A stretch of DNA of 37,561 nt, from contig CAIXDY010000035.1 of NCBI GenBank assembly GCA_903918325.1, forward strand, positions 1-37,561, read 5' to 3'. The DNA is from an uncultured Actinomycetes bacterium (lineage in GTDB: Bacteria > Actinomycetota > Actinomycetes > Nanopelagicales > Nanopelagicaceae). The first letter of the stretch is position 1. Every line of letters starts with the position of its first letter. A model generated the notes under the pieces. That model was not told where the DNA came from, searched no databases, and was given only the letters and a program-made list of their open reading frames with translations. This document shows positions 1-7,832 of the stretch, piece by piece. The translations under genes and the position numbers were made by a program.

Positions 1-1167
1 GCTTTCTAATTTGAGTGCTGACATAAATGCATCGACCACTTCTTGCTTGCTCCATGGCTTAGGCGCTTGTGTAATAAAGAAGTCGTTAAGTGCAATATCG
101 GCTAACTCATCGATATCACCTTCGACAAAGCCCAGGGATGAAAGAATCGGGAATTGAAGTTGAGCCAGAATCTTTCGGACTGCATTTACGCATCGAGATC
201 CATCTTTAGAGCCATCTTGTGGAACACCCATTGCATCAGCGATTCGCTCCATCTTTTCAGGAACAATCTTTGCTTCACGAGTAAGGGTTTCAACTAGAAC
301 TAATCCAATTGTTAAACCATGTGGAACATGCTTTAGGCCTCCAATAGCTTGACCCAATGAATGCTCGGCTGTGCAGTCAGAGATATTCATTGTTAAACCA
401 GCCATCATGCTGCCTGATGCCATTCCAGCACGAGCAACTTTGTTATTACCATCTTTAAAAGCTGCAACTAACGCTGGAGTCATCATGCGAACGGCTTCAT
501 AACCAATTGCATCGCCGATAGGTGTGCTGCATTTAGCGATGATTCCGGCAATTGCTTGAGCCAGTGCATCGATACCTGTATTTGCCGTCATTGAAGGTGG
601 CATCGAATACGTAAGAACTGGATCAACTAATGCAACTTGCGCGCGAAGATTTCCATTTGCAATACCAGCTTTGCGACCCGCCTCTGGATCGGAGATAACT
701 GAACCACCGGAAACTTCAGAACCGGTTCCAGCCGAAGTTGGAAGAGCAATGAGTGCAAGTGTTGGTGCTGGATATACCGGGGCTTTAGATTGAAATTCAC
801 GGAAAGTGCAGTTGAGTTGTGCGCACAAGCGGGCAGCTTTTGCGGTGTCAATAACTGAGCCACCACCAAGAGCAACTACAACATCTGATCCAGCGGCTTT
901 AAGGGCGGCAATTGCATCATCCACCATTTGAATTGTTGGCTCACCGGCAGGCTTTTCAAAAATAGTAGTAGTGATTCCAGTGGCAGTTTTCATTTGCTCA
1001 ATGAGCTTTGCGGCAGCTGGATTGAATTTTTCAATATCTTTATCAACCATCAAAAAGACTTTGCTTGTTCCGAGTTCGGCAACAACTGCTGGCAAAGTCT
1101 CTGCCACACCTTCTCCAAAGCGGACTTTAACTGGAAGGTGGTTATTAAATGCAGTGATGTTGTCCAC
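1..1167 (-). CDS. Iron-containing (group III) alcohol dehydrogenase family protein, 3' end runs off the window
   Basis: Not in the ORF track because it has no stop inside the window. My translation from GTG at 1167 (RBS AAGGAG at 1174-1179) reads MDNITAFNNHLPVKVRFGEG...ALGGGSVIDTAK...LPTSAGTGSEVS...LVDPVLT...GIDALAQA...EHSLGQ...VPHG, which are Fe-ADH family motifs. Confidence 0.9.
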   Translation of the reverse strand, partial: MDNITAFNNHLPVKVRFGEGVAETLPAVVAELGTSKVFLMVDKDIEKFNPAAAKLIEQMKTATGITTTIFEKPAGEPTIQMVDDAIAALKAAGSDVVVALGGGSVIDTAKAARLCAQLNCTFREFQSKAPVYPAPTLALIALPTSAGTGSEVSGGSVISDPEAGRKAGIANGNLRAQVALVDPVLTYSMPPSMTANTGIDALAQAIAGIIAKCSTPIGDAIGYEAVRMMTPALVAAFKDGNNKVARAGMASGSMMAGLTMNISDCTAEHSLGQAIGGLKHVPHGLTIGLVLVETLTREAKIVPEKMERIADAMGVPQDGSKDGSRCVNAVRKILAQLQFPILSSLGFVEGDIDELADIALNDFFITQAPKPWSKQEVVDAFMSALKLES

Positions 1168-1202
1168 GGATAGCTCCTTGATTAATTGGGATTGATTGAA
1201 TT

Positions 1203-2459
1203 CTATATCGATTGGGGCTTTTTAGAGTAGCGGCTCAGAATTAGATGCAGCGCGATGCCAATGGCCATGCCCCAAATTAAGTCAATTGCGACGGTGCTGA
1301 TTGCCGTTACGACCAGCGTTGCCGCTTCAGATTTAGTGGTCCTTAGCGATTCCATGATCGAAACTGGATTAAGAATCCGATAACTAGTTCCCAGCAATAA
1401 ACCAGCAATAACTGCCGTTGGTATCTGGCTTACTAGTGGCGCAGCAATGATTGCAATAAATAAAAGTACCAAGGCGTGAAAAACCGATGCGAGTCGAGAA
1501 GTGGCATGCGACCTTACGTTCACACTTGTACGAGCGATTGCACCTGTAGCTGGCATCCCGCCAAAAAGTGAGGCAACTAAAGTTGCTAAACCCTGGCCAA
1601 ATAATTCTCGGTTTGGTTCGAATCGCTCTGAGCTGTGTGCGAGTCCATCGGCAACGCGTGCAGAAAGTAGAGATTCAACGGCAGCAAGAAGTGCGATCCA
1701 GAGCGCCGGAATCAGCAGGGCGCTTAGATCATCAAATATCGGTTTTTGATACGTTCCAAGAGACCGGGGGATAGTTCCAATAGTTGCCACGTTAATTGCG
1801 AAAACTTTCACGATTATCGTCATGAGTAAAAGTGCAACGAAACTAGCTGGTATGTGAAATTTAAATTTAAAGTGATGAGTTATAGAGGGCCAAGAAAACT
1901 TAATAACCAAAGTAATTGCTACCACTAAAAGCGATGTGTAGTTGAGTCCGGCGTGCAGAGCATCTGTAACGGTATTCCATGCAACTATGTAGCTTTTTTC
2001 TCCAGCTCCCTTAGCAATTCCCAACGCTAGCGGGATTTGCTGCAGCGAGATTATTAAAGCGATACCTACTGTGAAACCTTCAACGACTGTCCATGGCACT
2101 CTATTAATTACTGCGCCAAGTTTAAAGATTGCCATTGCAATCACCATGACACCTGCCATCAAACCCAGTGCCGGGATTGCCGAGATTCCGTAAGTATGAA
2201 CAACTGGAATCAAAATAACTGTCATCGCACCGGTAGGACCACTGACTTGGTATTTAGATCCACCAAATACTGCAGCAATAAAGCCGGCGATAATCGCCGT
2301 GGTTAAACCGGCTGCAGCTGACATTCCCGATGTAATTCCAAAACCGATTGCCAGGGGCAGAGCAACTATGGCCACAGTTAAACCAGCGATCAGATCAGTG
2401 AATAAATCTTTACGGTTTCTAGCGAATTCATTTCTGCTGGGCCAGAAGGAGAAGAACAT
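1203..2459 (-). CDS. SulP/SLC26 family anion permease, transmembrane core only (no STAS domain)
   Basis: Motifs DLIAGLTVAIVALPLAIGFG, GGSKYQVSGPTGA, NRELFGQG and PATGAIART. I prefer ATG 2459 over the track start at 2507 because TACACT lies 5 nt upstream of it and 2507 abuts the divergent gene. Confidence 0.88.
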   Translation of the reverse strand: MFFSFWPSRNEFARNRKDLFTDLIAGLTVAIVALPLAIGFGITSGMSAAAGLTTAIIAGFIAAVFGGSKYQVSGPTGAMTVILIPVVHTYGISAIPALGLMAGVMVIAMAIFKLGAVINRVPWTVVEGFTVGIALIISLQQIPLALGIAKGAGEKSYIVAWNTVTDALHAGLNYTSLLVVAITLVIKFSWPSITHHFKFKFHIPASFVALLLMTIIVKVFAINVATIGTIPRSLGTYQKPIFDDLSALLIPALWIALLAAVESLLSARVADGLAHSSERFEPNRELFGQGLATLVASLFGGMPATGAIARTSVNVRSHATSRLASVFHALVLLFIAIIAAPLVSQIPTAVIAGLLLGTSYRILNPVSIMESLRTTKSEAATLVVTAISTVAIDLIWGMAIGIALHLILSRYSKKPQSI

Positions 2460-2510
2460 AAGTGAGTGTAAGCAGACTATTGCTCCGTTGTCAGTTACCG
2501 TTATCACCTT

Positions 2511-3707
2511 ATGAGTACTGATTTAATCACCATTGCAACGCGTGCGCGTAATGGGCTCTGGGCCACCTTTTTCTTTATGGGTGTTGTCTCTATGGCTTGG
2601 GTTGCGCGCATCCCAGAAATTCGTGATGCCAATGGATTAAACAACGGACAGCTTGGCTTAATCTTGTTAGCTAGCACTATTGGTGCACTCATCGGAGCAC
2701 AACTTGCTGGCCGGTTAGTCCACTCGTATGGAACTAAAGCAGTAATTCGAGTCGCAATCATCATCATGCCGGTTGGTTTGATTTTGATGGGTCTTTCAAC
2801 TTCGCCATTAACGTTGATTGCCGGGCTATTCATAATGGGCCTTGGATATTCCAGTATGGATATTTCTTCAAATACTCAAGCAGTAGTCATTGAAAAACTT
2901 ATGGGACGTCGCGTTATGTCCTCCTTTCATGCGCTGTGGTCATCTGGAGCATTTGCAACAACTGTGCTTGGTGGATCAATTGCAAAGCATGTGACACCTC
3001 GCGCAAATTTAGTGGGTGTAGGTATTGCTTGCTTCTTCTTATTCATCCCAGCAGTTCGTTTATTACTTCCCTCAACTTTAGATGAGCATGATGGCGGCGA
3101 TGAAGAAACGCAAGCCAAGATTCCGCTATTTGGAAAATCAGTTCTGCCGCTATGGGGGATGGGAATTGGTTTACTTGGCGGTCTTATTGCCGAGGGTGCC
3201 TCAAGTGATTGGGGTGCAATTTTGTTGCGCGATGACATGGGCTTTGGAATTGGCGTGAACGCCTCAGCTTTTGCCGTCTTTTCATTAGCAATGATTACTG
3301 CCCGCTTTTTGGGCGATAGAACTCTGGATTACTTTGGCCCCAGAAAGACGGTGCTATACGGGGGTTATTTAGGCGGATTGGGACTTGGGCTGGGAATTGC
3401 AATCGGGGTTCCACTTTCGACTTCACACCCACTTGTGGCTTTAGTAATTGTAAATATTGGTTTTGCATGTGCTGGAATTGGAATTGGTCCAATGTTTCCG
3501 GCTTATATTTTGGCAGCATCTGAAGTACCAGGAATGGCCTCCTCGGTTGCAATTGCTCGAGTAGGTGTAATCGGCTTGTTTGGTTATTTCATTGGTCCAT
3601 CGGTGACCGGTGCTTTAGCTCAATTAATCTCTTTACCGGTTGCAATGACGTATCCAGTTCTTATGTTGATTCTGGCTGGGTATCAATCACACGTCATTAA
3701 AAAATAA
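2511..3707 (+). CDS. MFS transporter (YbjJ-like)
   Basis: About 12 hydrophobic segments; motif A-like GRLVHSYGTK and GDRTLDYFGPRK; MSSFHALWSSG and EGASSDW are typical of this MFS group. Confidence 0.85.
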   Translation: MSTDLITIATRARNGLWATFFFMGVVSMAWVARIPEIRDANGLNNGQLGLILLASTIGALIGAQLAGRLVHSYGTKAVIRVAIIIMPVGLILMGLSTSPLTLIAGLFIMGLGYSSMDISSNTQAVVIEKLMGRRVMSSFHALWSSGAFATTVLGGSIAKHVTPRANLVGVGIACFFLFIPAVRLLLPSTLDEHDGGDEETQAKIPLFGKSVLPLWGMGIGLLGGLIAEGASSDWGAILLRDDMGFGIGVNASAFAVFSLAMITARFLGDRTLDYFGPRKTVLYGGYLGGLGLGLGIAIGVPLSTSHPLVALVIVNIGFACAGIGIGPMFPAYILAASEVPGMASSVAIARVGVIGLFGYFIGPSVTGALAQLISLPVAMTYPVLMLILAGYQSHVIKK

Positions 3708-3736
3708 AGCCCCCACAGATTTCTCCGTAGGGGCTT
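3707..3736. terminator. Probable terminator hairpin between the convergent MFS and DoxX genes
   Basis: Inverted repeat AAGCCCC...GGGGCTT between converging stops. The A-run at about 3699-3708 gives a U-tail on the minus strand. Confidence 0.6.
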
Positions 3737-3749
3737 CATCAGTTACTAA

Positions 3750-4163
3750 TTAGAAGTTAAAGAATGCACCCGTAATATGTGGTCCGAAATTAGCTCCAGA
3801 ACCAACTAGTACAAAGATGATTAATGCTGCGCCTGCAATTGAGAGATTCTTAAAGAAGTTATTCATCTCATTTTGCTTAGCTGTGGCATCACTCTCTTTC
3901 CAGAAAGCATGCATTAAGAAAGCTGTTGGGATTAAGAAGATTGCGATAAGCAATGCGCCAAGATCTGCATAAATTCCTAGAGCGACATACAGGCCGCCAA
4001 TCAGAATCATCAAACCTGATACTGCGACGCTGAGCTTTGCTGCGGGGACCTTCTTATACGTGGCATATCCAGCCATGGCATCTAGTTTGATCAGGTGCAT
4101 GATCCCTGAGTTAATGAAGATCAGAGCAAAGAGGATGCGACCGATAACGAGTACTGCGTTCAT
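3750..4163 (-). CDS. DoxX family membrane protein
   Basis: GRILFALIFINSG...H, MHAFWKE and FFKNLSIAGAAL are DoxX/SURF4-type motifs; RBS AAGGAG upstream. Confidence 0.88.
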   Translation of the reverse strand: MNAVLVIGRILFALIFINSGIMHLIKLDAMAGYATYKKVPAAKLSVAVSGLMILIGGLYVALGIYADLGALLIAIFLIPTAFLMHAFWKESDATAKQNEMNNFFKNLSIAGAALIIFVLVGSGANFGPHITGAFFNF

Positions 4164-4203
4164 AGGGCTCCTTTAGTGTGGTGAATTCGTTCGAGGCTAA
4201 TTT

Positions 4204-4221
4204 TAATTGAAGTTTCAACTA
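4204..4221. promoter_or_regulatory. Palindromic operator, MarR/RosR-like, upstream of doxX
   Basis: TAATTGAAGTTTCAACTA has a TTGAA-N2-TTCAA core and overlaps a minus-strand -10 (TAAAAT, 4200-4205). The regulator assignment is inference. Confidence 0.5.
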
Positions 4222-4256
4222 TTTTCTCTAGGCGACACGCTCGCGCACTTGCCATT

Positions 4257-4278
4257 TGTCAGCCCAAGGGGCTATTTT
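4257..4278 (+). promoter_or_regulatory. RecA-NDp / PafBC-dependent promoter
   Basis: TGTCAG-CCCAAGGGGC-TATTTT matches TGTCRG-N10-TANNNT with exact spacing. Confidence 0.75.
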
Positions 4279-4294
4279 TCGAACATCTGTTCGA
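4279..4294. promoter_or_regulatory. LexA (SOS) box, actinobacterial type
   Basis: TCGAAC-ATCT-GTTCGA is a perfect match to TCGAAC-N4-GTTCGA and covers the expected transcription start upstream of an error-prone polymerase operon. Confidence 0.93.
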
Positions 4295-4326
4295 ATACCC
4301 ACAGCCTCAGAAAGGCGCCCGCCGCA

Positions 4327-4608
4327 ATGTCAGTCCCACAGGTCAATCCCGCCCACGACGTAACAATCGATGGTGCAACAACACCTATTGAGTTCACTTT
4401 TAAGGGTCGACGCTTTCGCATTCATGCAGTTTTATCCAGGTGGTGCGAAGCAGGTGGTTGGTGGAATCGCATTAGCGATGGCAAGTACAGACCTGATGAT
4501 CAAGCCCGGGCTTTGTGGCGTGTAGAAGCTGCACCCATTGGGGCGTTAACAACTTTTGAATTAGAACGCGATGAACTTAGCGGTCAGTGGATTATCCGTA
4601 ACGTATGA
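4327..4608 (+). CDS. Small DUF6504-like protein (93 aa), putative DnaE2 accessory factor
   Basis: True start is probably ATG 4327 (AGAAAGG RBS at 4309-4315, downstream of the SOS box). Pattern P-x-x-F-x-F-x-GRRFRIxxVLxRW-x-E-x-G-x-WW...WRVEA...FEL...W. Its stop overlaps the dnaE2 start (ATGA). Confidence 0.75.
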   Translation: MSVPQVNPAHDVTIDGATTPIEFTFKGRRFRIHAVLSRWCEAGGWWNRISDGKYRPDDQARALWRVEAAPIGALTTFELERDELSGQWIIRNV

Positions 4609-7600
4609 GCTTTATTCATTTAAATGTTGCTAGTGCCTATTCACTCAAATACGGAACAACACAACCTGCTGATTTAGTAGAACGTGCTGCCGAATTTGAA
4701 ATGCCCGCACTGGCATTAACTGATCGCGATGGTCTAGCTGGTGCTATTCGTTTTGCCCAAAGCTGCGTTGATTTCGGTATCGCTCCCATTATCGGAGTGA
4801 ACCTGGCAGTTGATATGGGCGGGGCAAATAATCGCATCACATTGTTAGCACATAGCGATGGGGGATGGCGCTCGCTCTGTCGATTACTGACCAGCCTTGC
4901 AATGACTAGTGATAATCGCAACCCAGCACTGACACTTGAATTCTTACAACGTTTTAACCATTACAGCACCAACATCTATGCCCTACACGGTCCGCAATCT
5001 ATGGTCGGTTCATTGATTACCGATAATCGAATCGATGCCGCCTTTACGGCCTTTAATCTCATGCGCGATTTATTTGCCGGTAATGCCATTGAATGTGTAT
5101 CGCACTTAGTTGCCGGCAAAGGCCCACGCTCCACTTCTCACGCAGCTAAATCACTTATTTTTGCCCGTGACCACGATATAGATGCAGTCATTACCAATGC
5201 CGTGCGAATGCGAGATCGCACCGATGGGCCAGTAGCCGATGTTTTAGATTGCGCTCGCCAATTAGTGCCCCTACATCCGCGCCATGTTGAACGGCGCAAT
5301 GCTGAAGGTTTTTTAAAATCTAGCGATGAAATGATTTCGCTAGCCGCAGAAATTGCACGGGCTGCGGGGGAGCGAACTCCGCGGCAACTACTTGCAACAA
5401 CGCGTGCCTGGGCTGAACGTTGTTTGCTATCGCCGCAACGCGATATTGGTTTAGGTGGAGCGCATCTACCCGAAGCACATGTAGTGGGCGTTGATTCAGC
5501 CCATGAAATGCGGGTATTGCTACGTACACGCAGTGAAGCTGCAATTAACTGGCGCTATAGCGATAGCGCAACAATTAAAAAAGTGCGCACACGTTTAGAT
5601 GATGAACTATCAACAGTTGCAACGTTGGGTTTTGAATCATATTTTTTAACCGTTGCCGATATCTGTGACATGGCACGGGGCGCTGGTATCCGGGTAGCGG
5701 CCCGAGGCAGTGGTGCAGGTTCATTAATCTGTCATTTGCTCGGAATATCTGGTGTTGAACCATTACAACACGGTCTCTTGATGGAGCGCTTTTGTTCACC
5801 GTTGCGTCGAGCATTGCCAGATATCGATATCGATGTTGAATCACATCGCCGTCTTGAAATCTACGACATGGTTTTTAAACGTTATGGAAATAGCGAGTGG
5901 GATACACCAGGAAATCAATCACGGTGTGCCACCGTTGCAATGGTTGATACATACCGGGCCCGGCATGCAATTCGTGATGCAGGTGCTGCTCTGGGCTTAC
6001 CCAGCATGGAGATCGACATGTTAGCTAAATCCATGCCGCATGTGCGTGCCCGCAATATCTCTAAAACCTTAGAGAACCTGCCCGAACTTCGTTCTCTCAA
6101 TATCTCTGCGCCACTGACTGCAATGACAATTGCATTAGCAGAGCGGCTCGATGGTCTGCCACGTCATTTATCGATGCACCCGTGTGCCATTGTTTTATCT
6201 GATGGGGGATTACTCGATCGCACGCCCTTGTTATCAAATGCCAGCGGTTATCCCATGGTGGTCTTTGATAAAGATGATGTCGAAGCAATTGGTTTATTAA
6301 AACTTGATGTCTTAGGTGTGCGCATGCAGTCGGCGATTTCATATGCCGTAGCCGAAATAGCGCGCACCGAAGAAAAGAGCGTTGATATTGATTCAGTACC
6401 TTTAGATGACCCCGATACATATTCACTGATTCAATCCACCAATACCTTGGGTTTATTTCAAATTGAATCTCCTGGACAGCGCGAATTAATTGGAAAGTTA
6501 GAGCCAAGAACATTTACTGATTTAATTATTGATATCTCACTCTTTCGCCCCGGCCCAGTTAAATCCGACATGATCACCCCTTTTCTTAAAGCCCGCCACG
6601 GCTGGGCAAAGGCGCAAATCATTCACCCTGATCTCTATGAAATTCTGCGCGATACCGAAGGCGTTGTTGTTTTCCATGAACAGGTTATTGAAATCATTGC
6701 AACCATGACTGGCTCTTCCTTAGCTAGCGCTGACGAAAAACGACGAGCGTTGGGGGATAAAGCGGGTCAACAAGAAGTCTGTGACTGGTTTTTTCCTGCA
6801 GCGACGGCGCGCGGTTATGAGCTAGCAATTATTAACCAAATCTGGGAAGTCTTGCGGGCCTTTGCATCCTTTGGTTTTTGCAAAGCGCATGCTGCAGCTT
6901 TTGCGTTGCCTACATATCAATCAGCTTGGTTAAAAACGCATTACCCAGCAGCATTTTTAGCGGGTGTACTGACTCATGACCCTGGCATGTACCCCAAACG
7001 TTTAATCGTCGATGAAGTGCGGCAAATGGGATTAACCGTTGCACCCCTTGATATCAATGAATCTGATGCGGTGTATCGGGTTGAAGATAAGGGTCAATCA
7101 ATTCGTATCGCACTTTCTACGCTTGCCAAGATTAGTGATGCTGAAATCGCATCGATTATCGCGGGCCGTCCATATATAGATCTCACTGATTTTGTACGCC
7201 GGGCTGGTTGCAGTGCACCAGTTACCGAGAGTGCAATTCTTACTGGCGCTTTTGATCGTTTGCACACCGAAGTTAATCGCCGTGATTTACTGTTGCATTT
7301 TTCTGATCTACAAAAGTCTCCTAGTGCTGGCGTCACTGGCGCCCAAATGAATTTAGCTTTTCCCGCCCCCGTATTAATCAGCAGCGGTTTGCCAGATATG
7401 ACACCGGCCGAAAGTGTTAAACATGAAATCGAGCGGTTGGGAATGGATATGTCGGCCCACATGATTGAGTTTTATAGCGATTTCCTTAACGCTATAGGTG
7501 CGGTGCGTTCGGCAGATTTATTATCTCAACGCTCGCGCTCATCAGTTTTAGTTGCCGGAATAAAAGTTGCCATGCAAACACCTCCAGTACGCAGCGGTAA

Positions 7601-7832
7601 GCGGGTTATCTTCGTAACTCTTGATGATGGATACGGTTGTAGTGATTCAACATTTTTTACCGATACCCAAGCCGACTATGCCAACACGCTCTATTCCTCA
7701 TCTCTGCTACTGATTCGTGGCATTACTCGACGCACGGGCGCACGGGGTATTTCATTACGAGCAACAGGTGCGTGGGATCTGCGCGCGGCCTATGAAAGTT
7801 GGCGCACAAAAGAAAGTACGCTGGCAATATGA
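4605..7832 (+). CDS. dnaE2: Error-prone C-family DNA polymerase DnaE2 (variant without the SRDFH tail)
   Basis: RGSGAGS, PDIDIDVE, LLKLDVLG and GFCKAHAAAFA are present. PHP metal ligands are degenerate (HLNVAS, TDRD, TNAVR). A second dnaE copy is in the window and this one is LexA-controlled. Confidence 0.92.
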   Translation: MSFIHLNVASAYSLKYGTTQPADLVERAAEFEMPALALTDRDGLAGAIRFAQSCVDFGIAPIIGVNLAVDMGGANNRITLLAHSDGGWRSLCRLLTSLAMTSDNRNPALTLEFLQRFNHYSTNIYALHGPQSMVGSLITDNRIDAAFTAFNLMRDLFAGNAIECVSHLVAGKGPRSTSHAAKSLIFARDHDIDAVITNAVRMRDRTDGPVADVLDCARQLVPLHPRHVERRNAEGFLKSSDEMISLAAEIARAAGERTPRQLLATTRAWAERCLLSPQRDIGLGGAHLPEAHVVGVDSAHEMRVLLRTRSEAAINWRYSDSATIKKVRTRLDDELSTVATLGFESYFLTVADICDMARGAGIRVAARGSGAGSLICHLLGISGVEPLQHGLLMERFCSPLRRALPDIDIDVESHRRLEIYDMVFKRYGNSEWDTPGNQSRCATVAMVDTYRARHAIRDAGAALGLPSMEIDMLAKSMPHVRARNISKTLENLPELRSLNISAPLTAMTIALAERLDGLPRHLSMHPCAIVLSDGGLLDRTPLLSNASGYPMVVFDKDDVEAIGLLKLDVLGVRMQSAISYAVAEIARTEEKSVDIDSVPLDDPDTYSLIQSTNTLGLFQIESPGQRELIGKLEPRTFTDLIIDISLFRPGPVKSDMITPFLKARHGWAKAQIIHPDLYEILRDTEGVVVFHEQVIEIIATMTGSSLASADEKRRALGDKAGQQEVCDWFFPAATARGYELAIINQIWEVLRAFASFGFCKAHAAAFALPTYQSAWLKTHYPAAFLAGVLTHDPGMYPKRLIVDEVRQMGLTVAPLDINESDAVYRVEDKGQSIRIALSTLAKISDAEIASIIAGRPYIDLTDFVRRAGCSAPVTESAILTGAFDRLHTEVNRRDLLLHFSDLQKSPSAGVTGAQMNLAFPAPVLISSGLPDMTPAESVKHEIERLGMDMSAHMIEFYSDFLNAIGAVRSADLLSQRSRSSVLVAGIKVAMQTPPVRSGKRVIFVTLDDGYGCSDSTFFTDTQADYANTLYSSSLLLIRGITRRTGARGISLRATGAWDLRAAYESWRTKESTLAI

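Noticed and set aside
627-1195. Short track ORFs (82, 81 and 74 aa)
   Set aside because: They are shadow frames of the Fe-ADH gene at 1-1167 on the minus strand.
4181-4194. Possible second LexA box (GTGAATTCGTTCGA)
   Set aside because: Only the GTTCGA half-site matches; the left half at the correct spacing is GTGA, not GAAC.
4207-4326. 40-aa N-terminal extension of the DUF6504-like ORF from TTG 4207
   Set aside because: It runs through the promoter and LexA box; the RBS supports ATG 4327.
4605-7832. dnaE2 as a prophage polymerase or a decayed duplicate of dnaE1
   Set aside because: The ORF is intact with catalytic Asp residues and host SOS control, and no phage, integrase or att features are nearby.
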